This document shows positions 41,149 through 55,724 of a DNA stretch of 64,000 nucleotides, piece by piece. A model generated the notes under the pieces. That model was not told where the DNA came from and did not search any database. It saw nothing but the letters and a program-made list of their open reading frames with translations. The DNA is from Octopus vulgaris (lineage: Eukaryota): the NCBI GenBank assembly GCA_951406725.2, contig OX597834.1, positions 41,664,001 to 41,728,000 on the forward strand, read 5' to 3'. The first letter of the stretch is position 1; each line of letters opens with the position of its first letter. Position numbers and translations under genes: made by a program.

Positions 41149-41219
<71 letters not shown>

Positions 41220-41283
41220 CATAGATACATGTATATATATGTATATATATATATGTATATATATATATGTATATATATATATG

Positions 41284-41358
<75 letters not shown>

Positions 41359-41423
41359 GTACGTATGTATGTATGTATGTATGTATGTGTGTGTATGTAT
41401 GTATGTATGTATGTATGTATGTA

Positions 41424-41456
<33 letters not shown>

Positions 41457-42029
41457 ATGTATGTGTGTATGTAAGGCAAGTGGATGTTCCGTTGGTTTCG
41501 GTGATCGGTTAGTATTCCTGTTGCCCGATCAACGGAACTACATAACTCTGCATTGACTCGCACAGGCTGGAAAAAAGTGGGTGAGCACAGCACGGCATTC
41601 CACAGACAATTGTAGCCTTGGCGCACGTATTTAGCCGGTCAGTCATCGGGCCGAATCCGCGGTGACTCTATTGTGTGTGTAATGCAATTGACTGGACGAC
41701 ATTCCGAAGACAATTGTACGTTTAACAAGAACCGGTGTGACTCTGTGCAGAACAATGCCAGTTCTTTGAATTACACGGTGCAGTGTGCGGGGAGGGGTGG
41801 GGTTTGGGTGAGTGGGGGTTTAATTGAGGTTATTATTATTTTATAACAGGTATAAGAATAACAACGGCAAAAGAGGAAAAAAAAATCTACTCATGGTGGT
41901 GGTAGAATTCCATACTGAAAATAATGTCGAGTTTCTGGTGAAATTTACTTTGACTGGGATTTAAATTTTCCTCTGAGCCAGCTCAATGGCATGTTAGGCA
42001 ACGCTTGAAGACCCAGTCACTCGAATTTC

Positions 42030-42069
<40 letters not shown>

Positions 42070-42523
42070 CATCTACTGTATTATATTACATTTATGTTAT
42101 ATATCATAAAATACTATATTATAATATATATATAATATTTAGATATATAATATATATATAATTTAAATATTTAATATATATATTACATATACATACATGC
42201 ATACAAAAATGCATACATACATACATGCATACATACATACATACATGCATACATACATACATGCATACATACATGCATACATACATGCATACATACATAC
42301 ATACGTACATACATACATACATACATACATATATACATGCATACATACATACATACATACATACATGCATGCATGCATGCATACATACATACATACATAC
42401 ATACATACATACATACATGCATGCATACATACATACATACATACATACATACATACATACATGCATACATACATACATACATACATACACACACATACAT
42501 ACATACATACATGCATACATACA

Positions 42524-42558
<35 letters not shown>

Positions 42559-44492
42559 TCCGAATTTGAGTGAGTGTGTATTGAATAATATAAAAAATAT
42601 TTTGTAATGTTCATAAAGTTCAATAATCATCAGATTTCAAAATCTATGAGAACTCAACTGTCAAATTAAGTACCAGTTGCGCACTGGGGTCGATGTAATC
42701 GACTTGATCCATTTGTCTGTCCTTGTTTGCCCACTCTGTATTCAGCCTCTTGTGAGTAGTAAAGAAATAGGTAAATTATGGCCGAAGATATGTGAATAAC
42801 GTACTTGTAAATTCGGTTTTATTTGTTAAGGTTGCTCAGAATCTCGAAGTTGTTATAGATTTAAAGATAACTAGGTTCCTACTGTTTAGACTACTGTACC
42901 GTTGACAGAAACCCCCCAACAGCGGTTTCTTCGTGATACTGGCCGAAACTGGCTCAAGCCGATTTCCATGAATTGTAACATTCGGAATGTATCTCTTCCA
43001 ATAAGACCTTCCTTCCGAGAGGAGAATTGAGTTATACTTCTGAACTCCAGTTAAGACATATCGATGGCTGTTTGAGGTCTCAGAATGTAAAAGGGAGAGA
43101 GAGGGGAGAGATGGGGAGAGAGAGAGGGGCGAGGGAGAGAGAGGGGGAGAGAGAGAGGGGCGAGGGAGAAAGAGGGGCGAGGGAGAGAGAGGGGGAGAGA
43201 GAGAGTATCTAAAATTTTGAGAGGACAAAATTAATTTTAATGGAGATCTTCAATGGACAGAGCGAATTTTAGGCAGCCACAGCGAGATCTCTGGACATCT
43301 TTCGGATATTCTCACAGAAGCATAGTCTACTCCATGGCCATCAAGGTCTCAAAATGACTGACAGAATTTGTGCGCACGCGCGCGTGTGTGTGTGTAAACA
43401 ACAATCACTGATTAGTCAAATTAAAATAATGACACTGGAAAATTTGCCAAGGATACTTTCTGCCCAATTAAACCTGATTTTTGGTTCCCAATCTCAAGTA
43501 TGGTAACCTGCACTTACCAAAATGTTCTTCATGCATGAGACTCATTTTGGAAATGTTCCAATGCCAGAGTCGTAATTTCTTTAATCAGTGAATGTACTTC
43601 AGAAACAAACACAACGTCCATTAGTCGCTGTGAGATCCTGTTGGTCAAAGAGTAAACAACATTTTGTCTCGTTGGGGAGGTTCAGGACTACGAAAGATAT
43701 GATTCATGACCGTCGTCCACTCCCCTGAAGATATATTCATTAAGATTAATTTGGAGCTGATTAGATCTTAGATCTTCAAGACTTCTTGTTCCTTCTTTAT
43801 TCTTTTTTCCCCTCCATCAAAACTAATGCTGCGTGGGAAGAGTCCTTTTGGGTACGTATGTGCGTGTGTGAGCGTGCATATGTAAAACTTTCACACACGC
43901 AAACATGCAGACACTCCCCGTCATAAACACACAAAGAGCCTCTAAAGAGACAGAGAGACAGAAAGAGAAAGAGAAAGAAAGGGAGACAAAAAGAAAGAGA
44001 GGAGGAAAAAAAGAAAGCGGGAGATAGTGCGATGATAGTTACCTAATCAAAAATAGTTAAATATTCAGAAATATCGGTCACAAAAAAAAAGTGAATTCAG
44101 AGGATGAATAACCGGGAATCCGCAGATTTACGATGAAAGACCTCGACAAATCAATTAATTGGTTAATTAATTCATTCATTAGTTTATTTATTCATTAACT
44201 GATAATGATGTCAATTGCAGTCGGTGCTCAGAATGACAATCCCAAATTACACTTGTTTCAACATACAGTTTCACATCAAAAGTACTTTAGATCAAATGCT
44301 TTGTTTGTGTATGTTTTTGAAGTGAGAGAGAGAGAGAGAGAATATCATAACAAATCGGACCGTAAACTATAAAAATAATCTTAAACTTTGTAAGTACCAA
44401 ATAATTAATAACAAAAACAATTACGTATTTACAAAGCAGCAAGTTGGTAGATCGTTAACACGTCGAGCAAAGATATAAGAAACATTATGTAT

Positions 44493-44549
<57 letters not shown>

Positions 44550-44550
<1 letters not shown>

Positions 44551-44948
44551 GCGTAGGAGTGGCTGTGTGCTTACCAACCACATGGTTCCGGGTTCAGTCC
44601 CACTGCGTGGCACCTTGGGCAAGTATCTTCTACTCTACCCTCGGACCGACCAAAGCCTTGTGAGTGGATTTGGTTGGCGGAAACTGAAAGAACCCCGTCG
44701 AATATATGTATATATATACATGTATGTATGTGTGTGTTTGTGTGTCTGTGTTTGTCCTCCAACATCGCTTGACAACCTATGCTGGTGTGTTTACGTCCCC
44801 GTAACTTAGCGGTTCGGCAAAAAGAGACCGATAGAATAAGTACTAGGCTTACAAAGAATAAGTCCTAGGGTCGATTTGCTCGACTAAAGGCGTTGCTCCA
44901 GCATAGCCACAGTCAAATGGCTGAAACAAGTAAAAGGGTAAAAGAGTA
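44550..44948 (+). mobile_element. SINE family B, full length
   Basis: Same consensus as the 18898 copy. Other copies lie at about 11858-12215, 15710-16280, 16290-16660, 20634-20985, 25283-25652, 30980-31255(-) and 52760-52965(-). Confidence 0.85.
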
Positions 44949-45724
44949 CCATGTTCTTGGTTGAGGAAATTTCTAATTCGGTTAAACTGCTATCTAACGA
45001 TATTCATTGTTTAAACTGCGGACATTAAAATATTAGCTAAGTACTGAAAACTATACATAGGTGTTGGCAGAATGGAATCTTGTTAATTTTCTTCCAACCA
45101 CTTGAAGTATTTCAATTTCTCACCAGATTATTTTCAAAAATTCTAGTTTTACATGTTGAAAACGAAAAACGCATTCATTTTTTTTTCTTTCTAGAAAGTT
45201 ACATCGATGCAGAAAATTTGAAAACAAAAATATCTGAATATATTTGAAAATATTCCAAGAGGTTCGGAGAAATTTAACAAGATCCGTAGAATGCTTTTGA
45301 AATGTGTTTGAGAAAAACGTTAGAACGAGTGACCGTGTAATACTATTCGTTGAGCTATCTCTCACTGGAAACAAGCCATTTAAATGCCGTGAGAATATTA
45401 CTAAATATATTTAGCTTAATAAAAGAATAGATTTGGGTTAAGATATATTTAGCTTGGACGAAAAGAATAAATTCAGGTTAAACTGACAATACTATTCATA
45501 AATTTAGAGGTAATTCTAATATATAGCAATATGATAATGGAAAAATCACTTTTAAATTTCTGAAATAATAACCACGCGAACTTGTATGTGAATCTCTAAT
45601 GGACGGACGGACTTTCATCTAATTCTTCCAAATCCTTCTGTTAAAACTGTATTGAAACTATTTGTGGGGACTTTTTTTTATTATCACAGCAACTGGTTGC
45701 ACACTACAAAGTTTAACGGGACCT

Positions 45725-46255
45725 TCTGAAGCAAGCCAACACGCTCGCAGCATTACCACGGGCGATGGTGAGGCTAAGGCACTGGGAAAGTCAAGCGCCC
45801 TCGCGGGTATCACCTGACACCTCAGTGAGGCAGGCTGCCAACGTTGACAGGAACTTCGCGGCTAGTGGCCCAGTCCCTCCAACACAGGTTGGAAGTGATG
45901 GTTCACTGGGTTCCCTGTCAGGTCCCGATACTTAAGGGTTTTCTTTCGCTCGGCTACAGAAGCAGTGACCCTCCCATTAACTGTAGCCTCCAGGATGTTG
46001 GAAGGAGCAAGCAAAGGAGTCGCAGACTGTGACATCCTAAATGAGACGTCATCCTCTGACCCAGGGACAGAGGGTAAGACCATCCGGTCTCTTTCCATCA
46101 CTTCTGGAGAACCCTTATGGCTCCAGAACTGAGGGGATATTAATCCGAGCCAGGGCCTGCTTAATGATTAGGCTAAGCTCCGTGTGACGAGCGAAGCGGC
46201 CAGCATTTAGGCGGCAAGACAGACCGTGAAGACCTGTGGAGTCGAATGGGGTTAC
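45725..46255 (-). mobile_element. CRE-like non-LTR retrotransposon relic (zinc knuckle plus RLE endonuclease)
   Basis: Minus strand encodes HGLSCRLNAGRFARHTELSLIIKQALARINIP..LEP..RSDGKRPDGLTLCPW..DVTVCD..AERKKTLKYRDL..RGNAASVLAC, with stops and frameshifts. Confidence 0.75.
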
Positions 46256-46391
46256 CACAGCGGCATCTCAGTCCCCTACAGACGCCGGCTCCCACTCTGA
46301 GTGTGATAGAGATGCGACTCTCACTCTTCCCTCTCATTCACTTTCCCTCTTCAATTTCTTCTTTCTATTTCTCTCCTTAACACACATATAT

Positions 46392-46620
46392 ATTTCTTTA
46401 TTACCCACAAGGGGCTAAACATAGAGGGGACAAACAAGGACAGACAAAGGTATTAAGTCGATTATATCGACCCCAGTGCGTAACTGATACTTAATTTATT
46501 GACCCCGAAAGGATGAAAGGCAAAGTCGACCTCGGCGGAATTTGAACTCAGAAGGTAACGGCAGACGAAATACGGTTACGCATTTCGCCGACGTGCTACC
46601 GATTCTGCCAGCTCGCCGCC
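46392..46620 (-). mobile_element. SINE family A, full length
   Basis: TSD CTTAACACACATATAT on both sides. Further copies lie at about 40228-40445(-), 42662-42772(+), 47660-47800(-), 47810-47915(+), 50659-50754(-) and 62296-62480(-). Confidence 0.85.
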
Positions 46621-49087
46621 TTCTTAACACACATATATGCACCTTCAAACCTCAATGGTCACTTTTCTAAAGCTCTGAAGATTTCAAACTATGAATGAAG
46701 CAAATTTGCAAGTCATTCCTCAATAAATACGAGCGTGTTCCTAATTCTTTGTATGTGATAACCTATACTCATTAAATTTAAAAGTACAATGCCTTCAATA
46801 ATTTCCAAGCAATGTTGTTATTCTCCGTTCTGCTTCTTTTAATGTTAGTAGACCAATCATTAAAAGTGAAACCTTTCATAATTCCAGTCTTCTGCATAGA
46901 TACAGCAAGTTTAACCTTTATGAGCATCCGGACACTTGGGAGTTCACTAAAGTAGTTTCCAAAAATGTGCCCACCCTCCTCTCCCTGGATTACTTACCGC
47001 TAATTATATTCTATTATTCTCGTTCGTTAAATAACTTGGGTTTTTTGACATTTGGTGTATGGCTATGATCTTTCTTCTTTTTTTTCTAGCCTGCAAGTCT
47101 GTATGTGTGTATATATGTAGGTATTTATCTGTGTGTGTGAATATGTGTTGACGTGTGTGTGATTCGCTGACAATGTTGAATACGTGTAAAGAGACTAAAT
47201 TTTGAAGCACTTGTCTATAAATATTTCCTTTCTCGCTGATTTTGATAGATATATTCACATCTGAAAACAATCTCTATAACAGTACATCTTTTCCTTTTCC
47301 ATCCCAAAGTGCTATACCGATCCTCTTAGTCTGTATTCGGCAGGAGTTTTGATAAGGATGTTCCATCAATATTTCTCGCGTTTAAGCAATTTTACGCTCT
47401 CAACATGTATATAATTTTCTATATTTATCCCACGGCAGTTTCTCTTACGGATAGCATTGCATATTATCTTAGTAACACTATCTTACCGTGTTGGAATGTT
47501 GTACATTAATAACATCTGAAGGGTCACTGTTGACCATATATGTTATATCTTTCACAGAAATGTGATATAATTGACATGTTTCTTAGTTCTTTTCCTTACA
47601 GATCCATTTTACCAGACAGATTTCCTTATTACCCTCGCTGGGTGTTGTAAAATATAATAATAGTCCTTTCTAGTATAGGCACAAGACCTGAAATTTGGAG
47701 AAGGGGTATAGTCGATTACTTCGAGCAAAGTACTCAACAGGTACTTAACTTATCGACCCCGAAAGGATGAAAGGCAAAGTCGACCTAGGCGGAATTTGAA
47801 ACTAGTGCATAAGTACCAGTTACGCACTGGGGTCGATATAATCGACTTAATCTCTTTGTCTGTCCTTGTTTGTCCTCTCTGTGTTTATCCCCTTAGGTAT
47901 TTCGTCTGCCGCTACGTACCACACAGCCAATATGAATACACACATACGTTTATATGAATAAACAGTCACGTACGAGCCAGTGAATTTCCACCTGGTCCTT
48001 TGGTGGGATAAATAGTGCACCCATCTCCCTCAGATCAGACCCTACAGTTTTGAAATAGAACATCTTTATCAAAACTTACATTGAATAAATATAGACTGAG
48101 ATTATACTACGCCTGAATAAAAGAGACATGATGGTCACGGTTGGAATCCTTTCCATTAGAGACTAGCTCAATCGAGGTTAAAAATAACAACTGCAACAAT
48201 TCCTTTTACGCTTGTATGACATTTCAGATTTATAAGCGTTTAAGAGGCGTGTGTAAATGCTATTGTGTGTGCGCATGTTTTGCCATGTGAGTGCTTTTGT
48301 TTCTTTGTTTAATGTGTGTATGTGTGTGTGTGTACTTTTCTGAATAGCATTAACGGTATTAGGCTATTTGCATAGTTAACCACTTAAAATATTTGTATGG
48401 TGTCTATGTTGTAGTCCCTTGTTATAATTGGCTGCTAGCCATAGAGTTCAAATTTCAGGACTAGACTTGTCTCCTATTCCTTCCTCACCTGAAAAAAATC
48501 CAAGTATTTCAACTGTTGCTGCTTGTCGTAACACGTCCACCTTAATTCCTGGAGCTGTTTCATTGTCGCGTAGGAATGGTAGTGGCAGCGAGGGTGGTGC
48601 AGATGGTGATAATGGAATCGAACCACAAGTGAGGGAAGAGTAGAGCTTATTCTAAGAAGTAATATAAAGGCGAAGGGGAGCAGAGTCGTATACGATGGAA
48701 GAAATTCTCATTTAAGCACTTAACCATTTCATTCGTTTGCTCACAAAACGATCATAAAATGACAATAATGGCTTTATTTGTTACCGTTGCTTGTTATTAC
48801 TACAATGCTGTTTCGTTTTAGAATAAAGTCAGACGAAGTAATGGTTTATTTTCCATTAAGCTTAAAGAACCTCTTTATGATAAACGGGTTTTTAGTTTTG
48901 CAATTTGGTCAATGGGAAAAGGACAGCTAGCGTCTGCCACGTTTTTGCAAGGAAACCAAGGCTGGTGCAAGGGAAAGTGAGGAACGTACTGCTCCCTGGC
49001 TTTTATTTCAGTAGGAAACAGCGAAACCAAATATCGACTTGTTCTTAGACGCAGGCGTAGCCGTGTGGTAAGAAGTTTGCTTCCCAA

Positions 49088-49440
49088 GGCGGCGAACTGG
49101 CAGAAACGTTAGCACGTCGGCGAAATGCGTAACCGTTTTTCGTCTGCCGTTACGTTCTGAGTTCAAATTCCGCCGAGGTCGACTTTGCCTTTCATCCTTT
49201 CGGAGTCGATAAATTAAGGACCAGTTACACACTGGAGTCGATATAATCGACTTAATCCGTTTGTCTGTCTTTGTCCTCTCTGTGTTTAGCCCCTTGTGGG
49301 CAGTAAAGGAATAGGTATTTCGTCTGCTTCTACGTTCTGAGTTCAAATTTCGCCTAGGTCGACTTTGCCTTTTATCCTTTCGGGGTCGATAAATTAAGTA
49401 CCAGTTGAGTACTTGGGTCGAAGTAATCGACTATGCCCCT
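49088..49440 (+). mobile_element. SINE family A, head plus two units, directly following a family B head
   Basis: Junction AATA|GGTATTTCGTC at 49314; preceded by a family B 5' end at 49049-49087. Confidence 0.8.
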
Positions 49441-52400
49441 TAGTCAGATGTCATATCCGTCCAGTGTTTAAAGTGTCTCAGCATTATCTCCCTTTTTCAG
49501 TCTCTAATTTGCGCTGTAAATGTCTGCAAAGATGTTAAACATAATTCCTGTTACATACGTCTACTGCGTATTGATATGTTTATGTTACTGTGCCTGATGG
49601 TTGTTTGCATTTGATATTCTTTGGTGTTATTGATAAGGAGGAAGGTAATAGATTTGGTAAAGGCAGAGGTTCTCAACTGGAGTCCATATAAGATTTTGTT
49701 CAAGTCTACAATACAAAAAACATTTTAACAATTTTTTAATACAATTCCAAATAATATTTAATTACAAAAATATAATAGGAGTCTTTTAAGCATTAAATGG
49801 CTATAAGGATTTGCCTTTCATCCTTTCGGGGTCGATTAATTAAGTACCAGTTGCGTACTGGGATCGATCTAATCGACTGAGCCCCCCCTCTCCAAAACTT
49901 TTGGCGCCTTGTACCTAGAGTAGAAAAGTATATTGTTTGTGTGTATGATTTGCTATGAGAATAGGGAGAATGTTGCTTAGATATGAATCAAAAAGATTAA
50001 GTGACAGGAAATATTAGAGTTTTGGAATATGTCGTGAAGGTTATTGTATAAACTTTGAAACATGAGAGATATTTTGCCAGACAACATTTTATGTTATTTC
50101 GAAGGGTGTGTTTAATGTTTTTTTTTCTTTATACGTGGGTAATGGAGAAATGGGTGAAGACTCACGGTCTAGTGGCTAGAGTGTTGCATTCACGGTCGCT
50201 AGATCGTGGGTTCGATTCCGTGTTATGTTCTTGAACAAAACACTTCGTTTCGCTTTGTTCCATTCCACCAGTGACTACTCGTGTATAGGCACTGCAGAAC
50301 TGCATCACCCCCACCCCATTTCCACTCGATATTATCGATAGCATTCAATATAATGGGTGTTTTTTTCTTTAATTGTTTCTTTATACTTGTACATTATATA
50401 ATCTTTAAGCCTAATGCCAGCAGCCATGCCCTAGTTTATGAAAACAATACAAAAATCCTTGTATAGAACTGTGCGTTTCACAGTTCCAGCCACACGTTGT
50501 TTGGCTGTTGTGTGTATGCTTACATGTCCGAGATAGGAAGCTGCACGCTAGGGAGAGAGAGCACTGTGGTTCAGGCAGTGCCGACCCTTGTGTGCTGGTG
50601 AAAGTTAGTGTTTCGTTTTGACTCCGCGTGTGTTGTACTTAAAAACGTGTTTATATCCTTGACCTCGGCGGAATTTGAACTCAGAACGTAACGGCAGACG
50701 AAATACCGCTAAGCATTTCACCCGGCGTGCTAACGTTTCTGCCAGCTCGCCGCCTGGTCGATACCGTGATACCGTGAATGGAGAAACAGAGTCGAAGTAT
50801 TGGTGACAGGTCGAATAATGTATTTCTCTGTTGAAACTGGCGTATTTCTTTCTGCGGCAAGAGGCATAGAGTTTCATTGAAGTCGTCTCAATACAGAAAG
50901 TGTTAAACGTAGTTTGGTGATATTAAGAATGAGTCTTTCAGTGGTTTGTTTTTAAGTGAGATAAGGAGGGCGATTGCTTCTGTAAAGTATTTCTTTGGGT
51001 GGGTGTTAAATTTCTGGAATCGATATAGAGCATAACCTGGCTTCTTGATTAAGAATAATTGACAGCGACACGTTGATCATTTAATTTGAGAGAAGTGCTT
51101 GGTAAATGAGTTTACTCGCTGTTTTGGGAGTGGTTTTATCACTTGAAGTTGTTATTGTGACACATGACAAAGAGTGGGTGTGGTTAAATTGATGTTTATT
51201 GCTCTGTAGCAGATTAGAATCGACGACCAAATAGGATTTAGTGCTTTGTGCTGAGTGCTAAACGCATTTTTATATTACCAACCTATGCCTAGGTCTTAAT
51301 GCAATGCATGAAGGCCTCGCCTGGATTTAACCATAAAACAACAAAAGATAACACGAGCAAAAGAGGAATTGTTTATGTAGCCGTACGATCTGCCAGAAAG
51401 AGCAGCTAAATCTCTCTCAAATCATACTTTAACGTCTCAAAAAAAAAAAGGGATGCATTGTATTGCGTATTCTGGTAAAGATGAATTGATCGTGTTTGGA
51501 AAGACCTTGATCATAGTCCACCACTTGTGGGCTAAGGTGAGATTTGAACTCAGAAGACAAAGATCCATCAGTCCACTCTTTTTACTTACTTAAGCCCTTC
51601 ACGTTTTATGCAGCTTAGGTCAACGACGAACCTTCTCCACTGTCCTCGATTCTAGATTGTTTTTCGCATGTCTTGTTAGTTTTCTGAACAATAACAACAA
51701 CAACCATACACAGTTTAAATAACAATAAAGAGTGTCCGTTATTGAAGTTGTTTAGTTATGGAATGCAAGTTGATACTTTTCAAATCATTCGACACGAGAC
51801 AGAGTCGTTCTATTTATTTTTTTCACGTCTCACTCATAAAAACTGTGTAACAAAATGTTTATTCATTTATTGTCTTTGATCAGTAAGTGTCATTTCCTAT
51901 TTGCTTCTGTCTAGAAATCAAAGGAAATGACTACTATTCCCTTCAAACCTTGCTCTTGTTTACCTGGACATCGATGTTTTGAAACCGACCGATTTTCCAT
52001 TACATTACAGACAGATTCAGTGCTGAGTTGTTAAAGCAGGAATTTCGTTATAGCAAATATTCTACTCAATACCACAGATTTGCTCGTCAGTTACATGTCC
52101 TTAACCACTTGAGTATGTCCTTTAGTGGCTGACAATATGTGTTGGGGAGCAGCATCAAAGCCATGTATCGAAAACGATTCTTTGGGGTTTGAATAAATGT
52201 AACAAAAGCAAAACTTAAAGGAAATATCAGCCATTGCTCGTACTTCCTAGGGTTAAACAAATAAGGAATAACATTTGCTACACAAGGACAAAAATCGTGT
52301 TACACAGTGTAATGCTTAAGGAAATAGTTATCTAAATTTGATGAAGGGCCCTACCTGAAGTATCATAATTAATATCATACTATTAAACAAGGGGAAAAAT

Positions 52401-52655
52401 CGAGTGTGTAGCCTGTGGCAGGAACAAGAAAAAAGCCATCTGTGTGTAACCCAGATAAACTTAATAAGGTTAAACGTTTTGAGTTATGCCGATAATGGTG
52501 CTATGAAACCAATTTTCTTTATAATTTATAATTTTCAGGAGTTTTGGAGAGTTTTTTTTTTACAAGCATATTTTGACATATTCAACTCTTACATTCATCC
52601 AAGTGCATGTCAATCAGATCATGGTGTATGTACGTGTGTGTATCCAATGTGTGTG

Positions 52656-52699
<44 letters not shown>

Positions 52700-53040
52700 C
52701 TAGTTTGAGAAACGGGAAGGCGCGTGGCTTAGTGGTTAGGGCATTCGGCTCACGATTGTAAGCTACTTACCACACAGCCACTCCTGCGTCATATTTTTAT
52801 GACGAGCTTCTACTCAATTTCTGTCAACCAAATTCACTCACAAAACATTAGTCTATCTAAGGCCATAGTAAGAAACGCATTGACCAAGGTGCCGCTCAGT
52901 GGCACTGAACCCGAAACCCCGTGGTTTACAAAGTGAGCATTTTAACCATACAACCATGCCTGCTTCCTATGTTTATAACCTTCCTTATTCTTTTATTCCC
53001 CATCACATGTTTATTGGTGATTCGCTATTTTCCGTTGCAG

Positions 53041-53227
53041 ACTGCGTCATGTTAACGATATGAACGACCAACTCCAGAACAATGTCGACACGCTCAATGA
53101 TGACATCTCCCGACGTATTGCTGACTGTGAAATGCTAAGAAGGAAGGTTCAAGAACTTGAGAAACAACTTGCAGACTGGAAAACCAGGCATGGTCACCTT
53201 GACAACCAACTACAAGGACTAAGAATT
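53041..53227 (+). CDS. Intermediate filament protein, coding exon 2 (coil 1B)
   Basis: Acceptor tttccgttgcag|A completes the CAA codon. Encodes LRHVNDMNDQLQNNVDTLNDDISRRIADCEMLRRKVQELEKQL...LRI. Donor ATT|GTAAGC. 187 nt. Confidence 0.92.
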
Positions 53228-53483
53228 GTAAGCAAAAATTTATTGCATTATAATTTATCCAATTCACTTTACTTTTTTTTTCTGTGTTTTTTTTTAAATT
53301 CCTTTTTGCTTCTCTTATGTCACTTTCTCTCTCTCTCTCTATCTCTCCTTTTGTTTCCTTATCTGCGTCCGCGTGCGCGTGTGTGTTCATACATATAGAT
53401 TTATTCTTATATAAATACACACACATGCTAACAGTTCAGCCAATCCATAACTCTGGATTGGTACATCTGACCAATCACGTTTA

Positions 53484-53995
53484 CCGTAAATCCTTAAGTA
53501 TTGTCCGCCCTTGAGTATAATACGCAGGAGATTTTTAGGGGGCTGTACCTCTGAAACACCTAAACCTTGTGTATAATACGCACCCCTTCTCTAACTTGAG
53601 TCAAGGAGGTCTGTATAACGTCCTTGGTTTGTAGAAATGTAAACGGTAACGTCCTTTATTAATATTGTATATATAACATGATGCAAACGTGTAGCATTTT
53701 TGTGCATTTTGTTTGCAGAAAATAAAGAAATAACAGTAATAACGTTTAATAAATGTTGTTTACTGCAAGTTATGGATAATTCTTTTATGACTTCATTGCT
53801 TTCTGGCTTAGCTTAAGGTATTTTCACACCTGACATCACAAAATGCGTCTGAATAAACATTGCCGGACAGCAAATAGGAACTCGGACATTGCTTAGAAAA
53901 TAATTTTCATTTTTAACCTCGTATATAGTGCGCACTAGGGATTTTGACCTTTAAATTTGGGGAAAAAAATGCGGATTATACTCGAGGACTAACGG
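53484..53995. mobile_element. Tc2/pogo-like MITE
   Basis: TA|CCGTAAATCCTTAAGTATT... and ...TTATACTCGAGGACTAACGG|TA imperfect TIRs, plus subterminal GTATAATACGCA repeats. Confidence 0.75.
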
Positions 53996-54345
53996 TACTC
54001 ATTAACTCTGTATTGCAGCAAAATGCTAATTTATCTTATAGTACAAACCAGTTTATATCCCAGACTATTATTACTGTACTATAATTTATTTGCTGACTCA
54101 GTTTTAATAGCGAAACTCAAGGCCGTCTCCTTTCTTACATCATAAGATAGTCCAGCTGATTCTGTTTTGTTTCAATGGCTTCGTTACTTGTCGTCTTTAG
54201 CGTATTTTACGCTAGATATGCTTATTGATTACACCACCACCTGAACTACACACACGTACACACACACACACATACATAATCACACCTTTACACACATACA
54301 AATGGATAAACGTATGAGTTGAAATACAAACTATTGACAATATTT

Positions 54346-54426
<81 letters not shown>

Positions 54427-54563
54427 GTGTGTGCGTGTCTATCATACCGCAACAGGAAATTTGAAATAACCGACCTGTAATCAATAGTTTTAGCATACTT
54501 TATACATCTACATTTATTTATAGATATATATTGTTACATATGTGTGTGTGTAAATACACACAC

Positions 54564-54622
<59 letters not shown>

Positions 54623-54625
<3 letters not shown>

Positions 54626-54832
54626 GGTTGGTGCATGCATAATTATTGCGGCTTTTTTTTTTTTTTTGCAACACATTTTATTCAATAAAGACAATAACAA
54701 TATTTAACAAAAACATCTTTAAACGATGGTCTGACCGTCTGCCAAGCAAATGGGAAGCAGTAATTGAAGTAGATGGTGAATATTCTCCGGAATAATCATT
54801 TAAAGATGTTTTATAATTATGCACCAACCCAA
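54623..54832 (+). mobile_element. Mariner-derived MITE (internal deletion derivative)
   Basis: TIRs TTCGGTTGGTGCAT... and ...ATGCACCAACCCAA with TA flanks. Retains the transposase C-terminus DRLPSKWEAVIEVDGEYSPE* (54733-54795). Confidence 0.85.
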
Positions 54833-55084
54833 TATATGTCAGGCAGACAGAGAGAGCATGTTTGATCGAGAGAAGAAGAAATATAAAATTATAGTGAAAA
54901 TTCAGTTCTATGACTGCATTTTACACGTATTTAAGCTGAGTAAAAAAAGTTTGTTATGAATATGTATGTATATGTACATTAGTGTATGTGTTTACGTGTA
55001 TGAAGCTCTCTTTCTCTCCCTCCTTCCGTTTTTCTCTCTCTTTTATATTTGTATGTATATGTAGATGTATGTGTGTATGCGTGA

Positions 55085-55420
55085 AGGCGCATGGCTCAGT
55101 GGTTAGAGCGTAGAGCTTACGATCGTGAGGTCGTGAGCTCGAATCCCGGACCGGGTTGCGTGTTGTGTTCTTGAGCAAGACACTTTATTTCACGTTGCTC
55201 CAGTTCACTCAGCTGTAGAAATGAGTTACGACATCACTGGTACCAAGCTTATCGGCCCCTTTTCCTTTCCCTTGGATAACATCAGTGGCATGAAGAGGGA
55301 GGCTGGTATGCATGGGCGACTGCTGGCCTTCCATAAACAACCTTGCCTGGACTTGTGCCTTGGATGGTAACTTTCTAGATGCAATCCCATGGTCATTCAT
55401 GACCGAACGGGGTCTCCTCC
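55085..55420 (+). mobile_element. SINE with family C-like head/core and another tail
   Basis: GGCGCATGGCTCAGTGGTTAGAGC...TCGAATCCC head and CTTGAGCAAGACACTT core; diverges after AAATGAGT. Confidence 0.75.
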
Positions 55421-55535
55421 TGTGTGTATGCATGCACATATATTTTGGCGTCGGCCCTTAATTTTACTAAAGAAACCTTCCATTTCTTTGATTGGATAAA
55501 TGCTGATTTATTTTTATTTTCTTTACTTTCTGAAG

Positions 55536-55631
55536 GATTTGCAAGAGGAAACCGCCCAACGCCTGGGCGAGACAAACCGCGCTCAAGCTCTTGAAGAAGA
55601 GTTAGCTTTCCTGAGAGAAGTCTGTGAAAAC
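55536..55631 (+). CDS. Intermediate filament protein, coding exon 3 (end of coil 1B)
   Basis: Acceptor ctttctgaag|GAT. Encodes DLQEETAQRLGETNRAQALEEELAFLREVCEN (LEEELAFL motif). Donor AAC|GTAAGT. 96 nt. Confidence 0.93.
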
Positions 55632-55724
55632 GTAAGTTACCATTGCTTAACAATCTCTTTCGCATTTTATTTATTTAGTTTCATTATTGTAGTCGTATCG
55701 TCCAGTTTTAATAGTTTAGGAGTT

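Noticed and set aside
55085-55160. tRNA gene (also the heads at about 2965-3035, 24490-24562, 55965-56035 and 19943-20003)
   Set aside because: A and B boxes are present but there is no acceptor stem, and most run into SINE bodies. They are SINE heads or relics.
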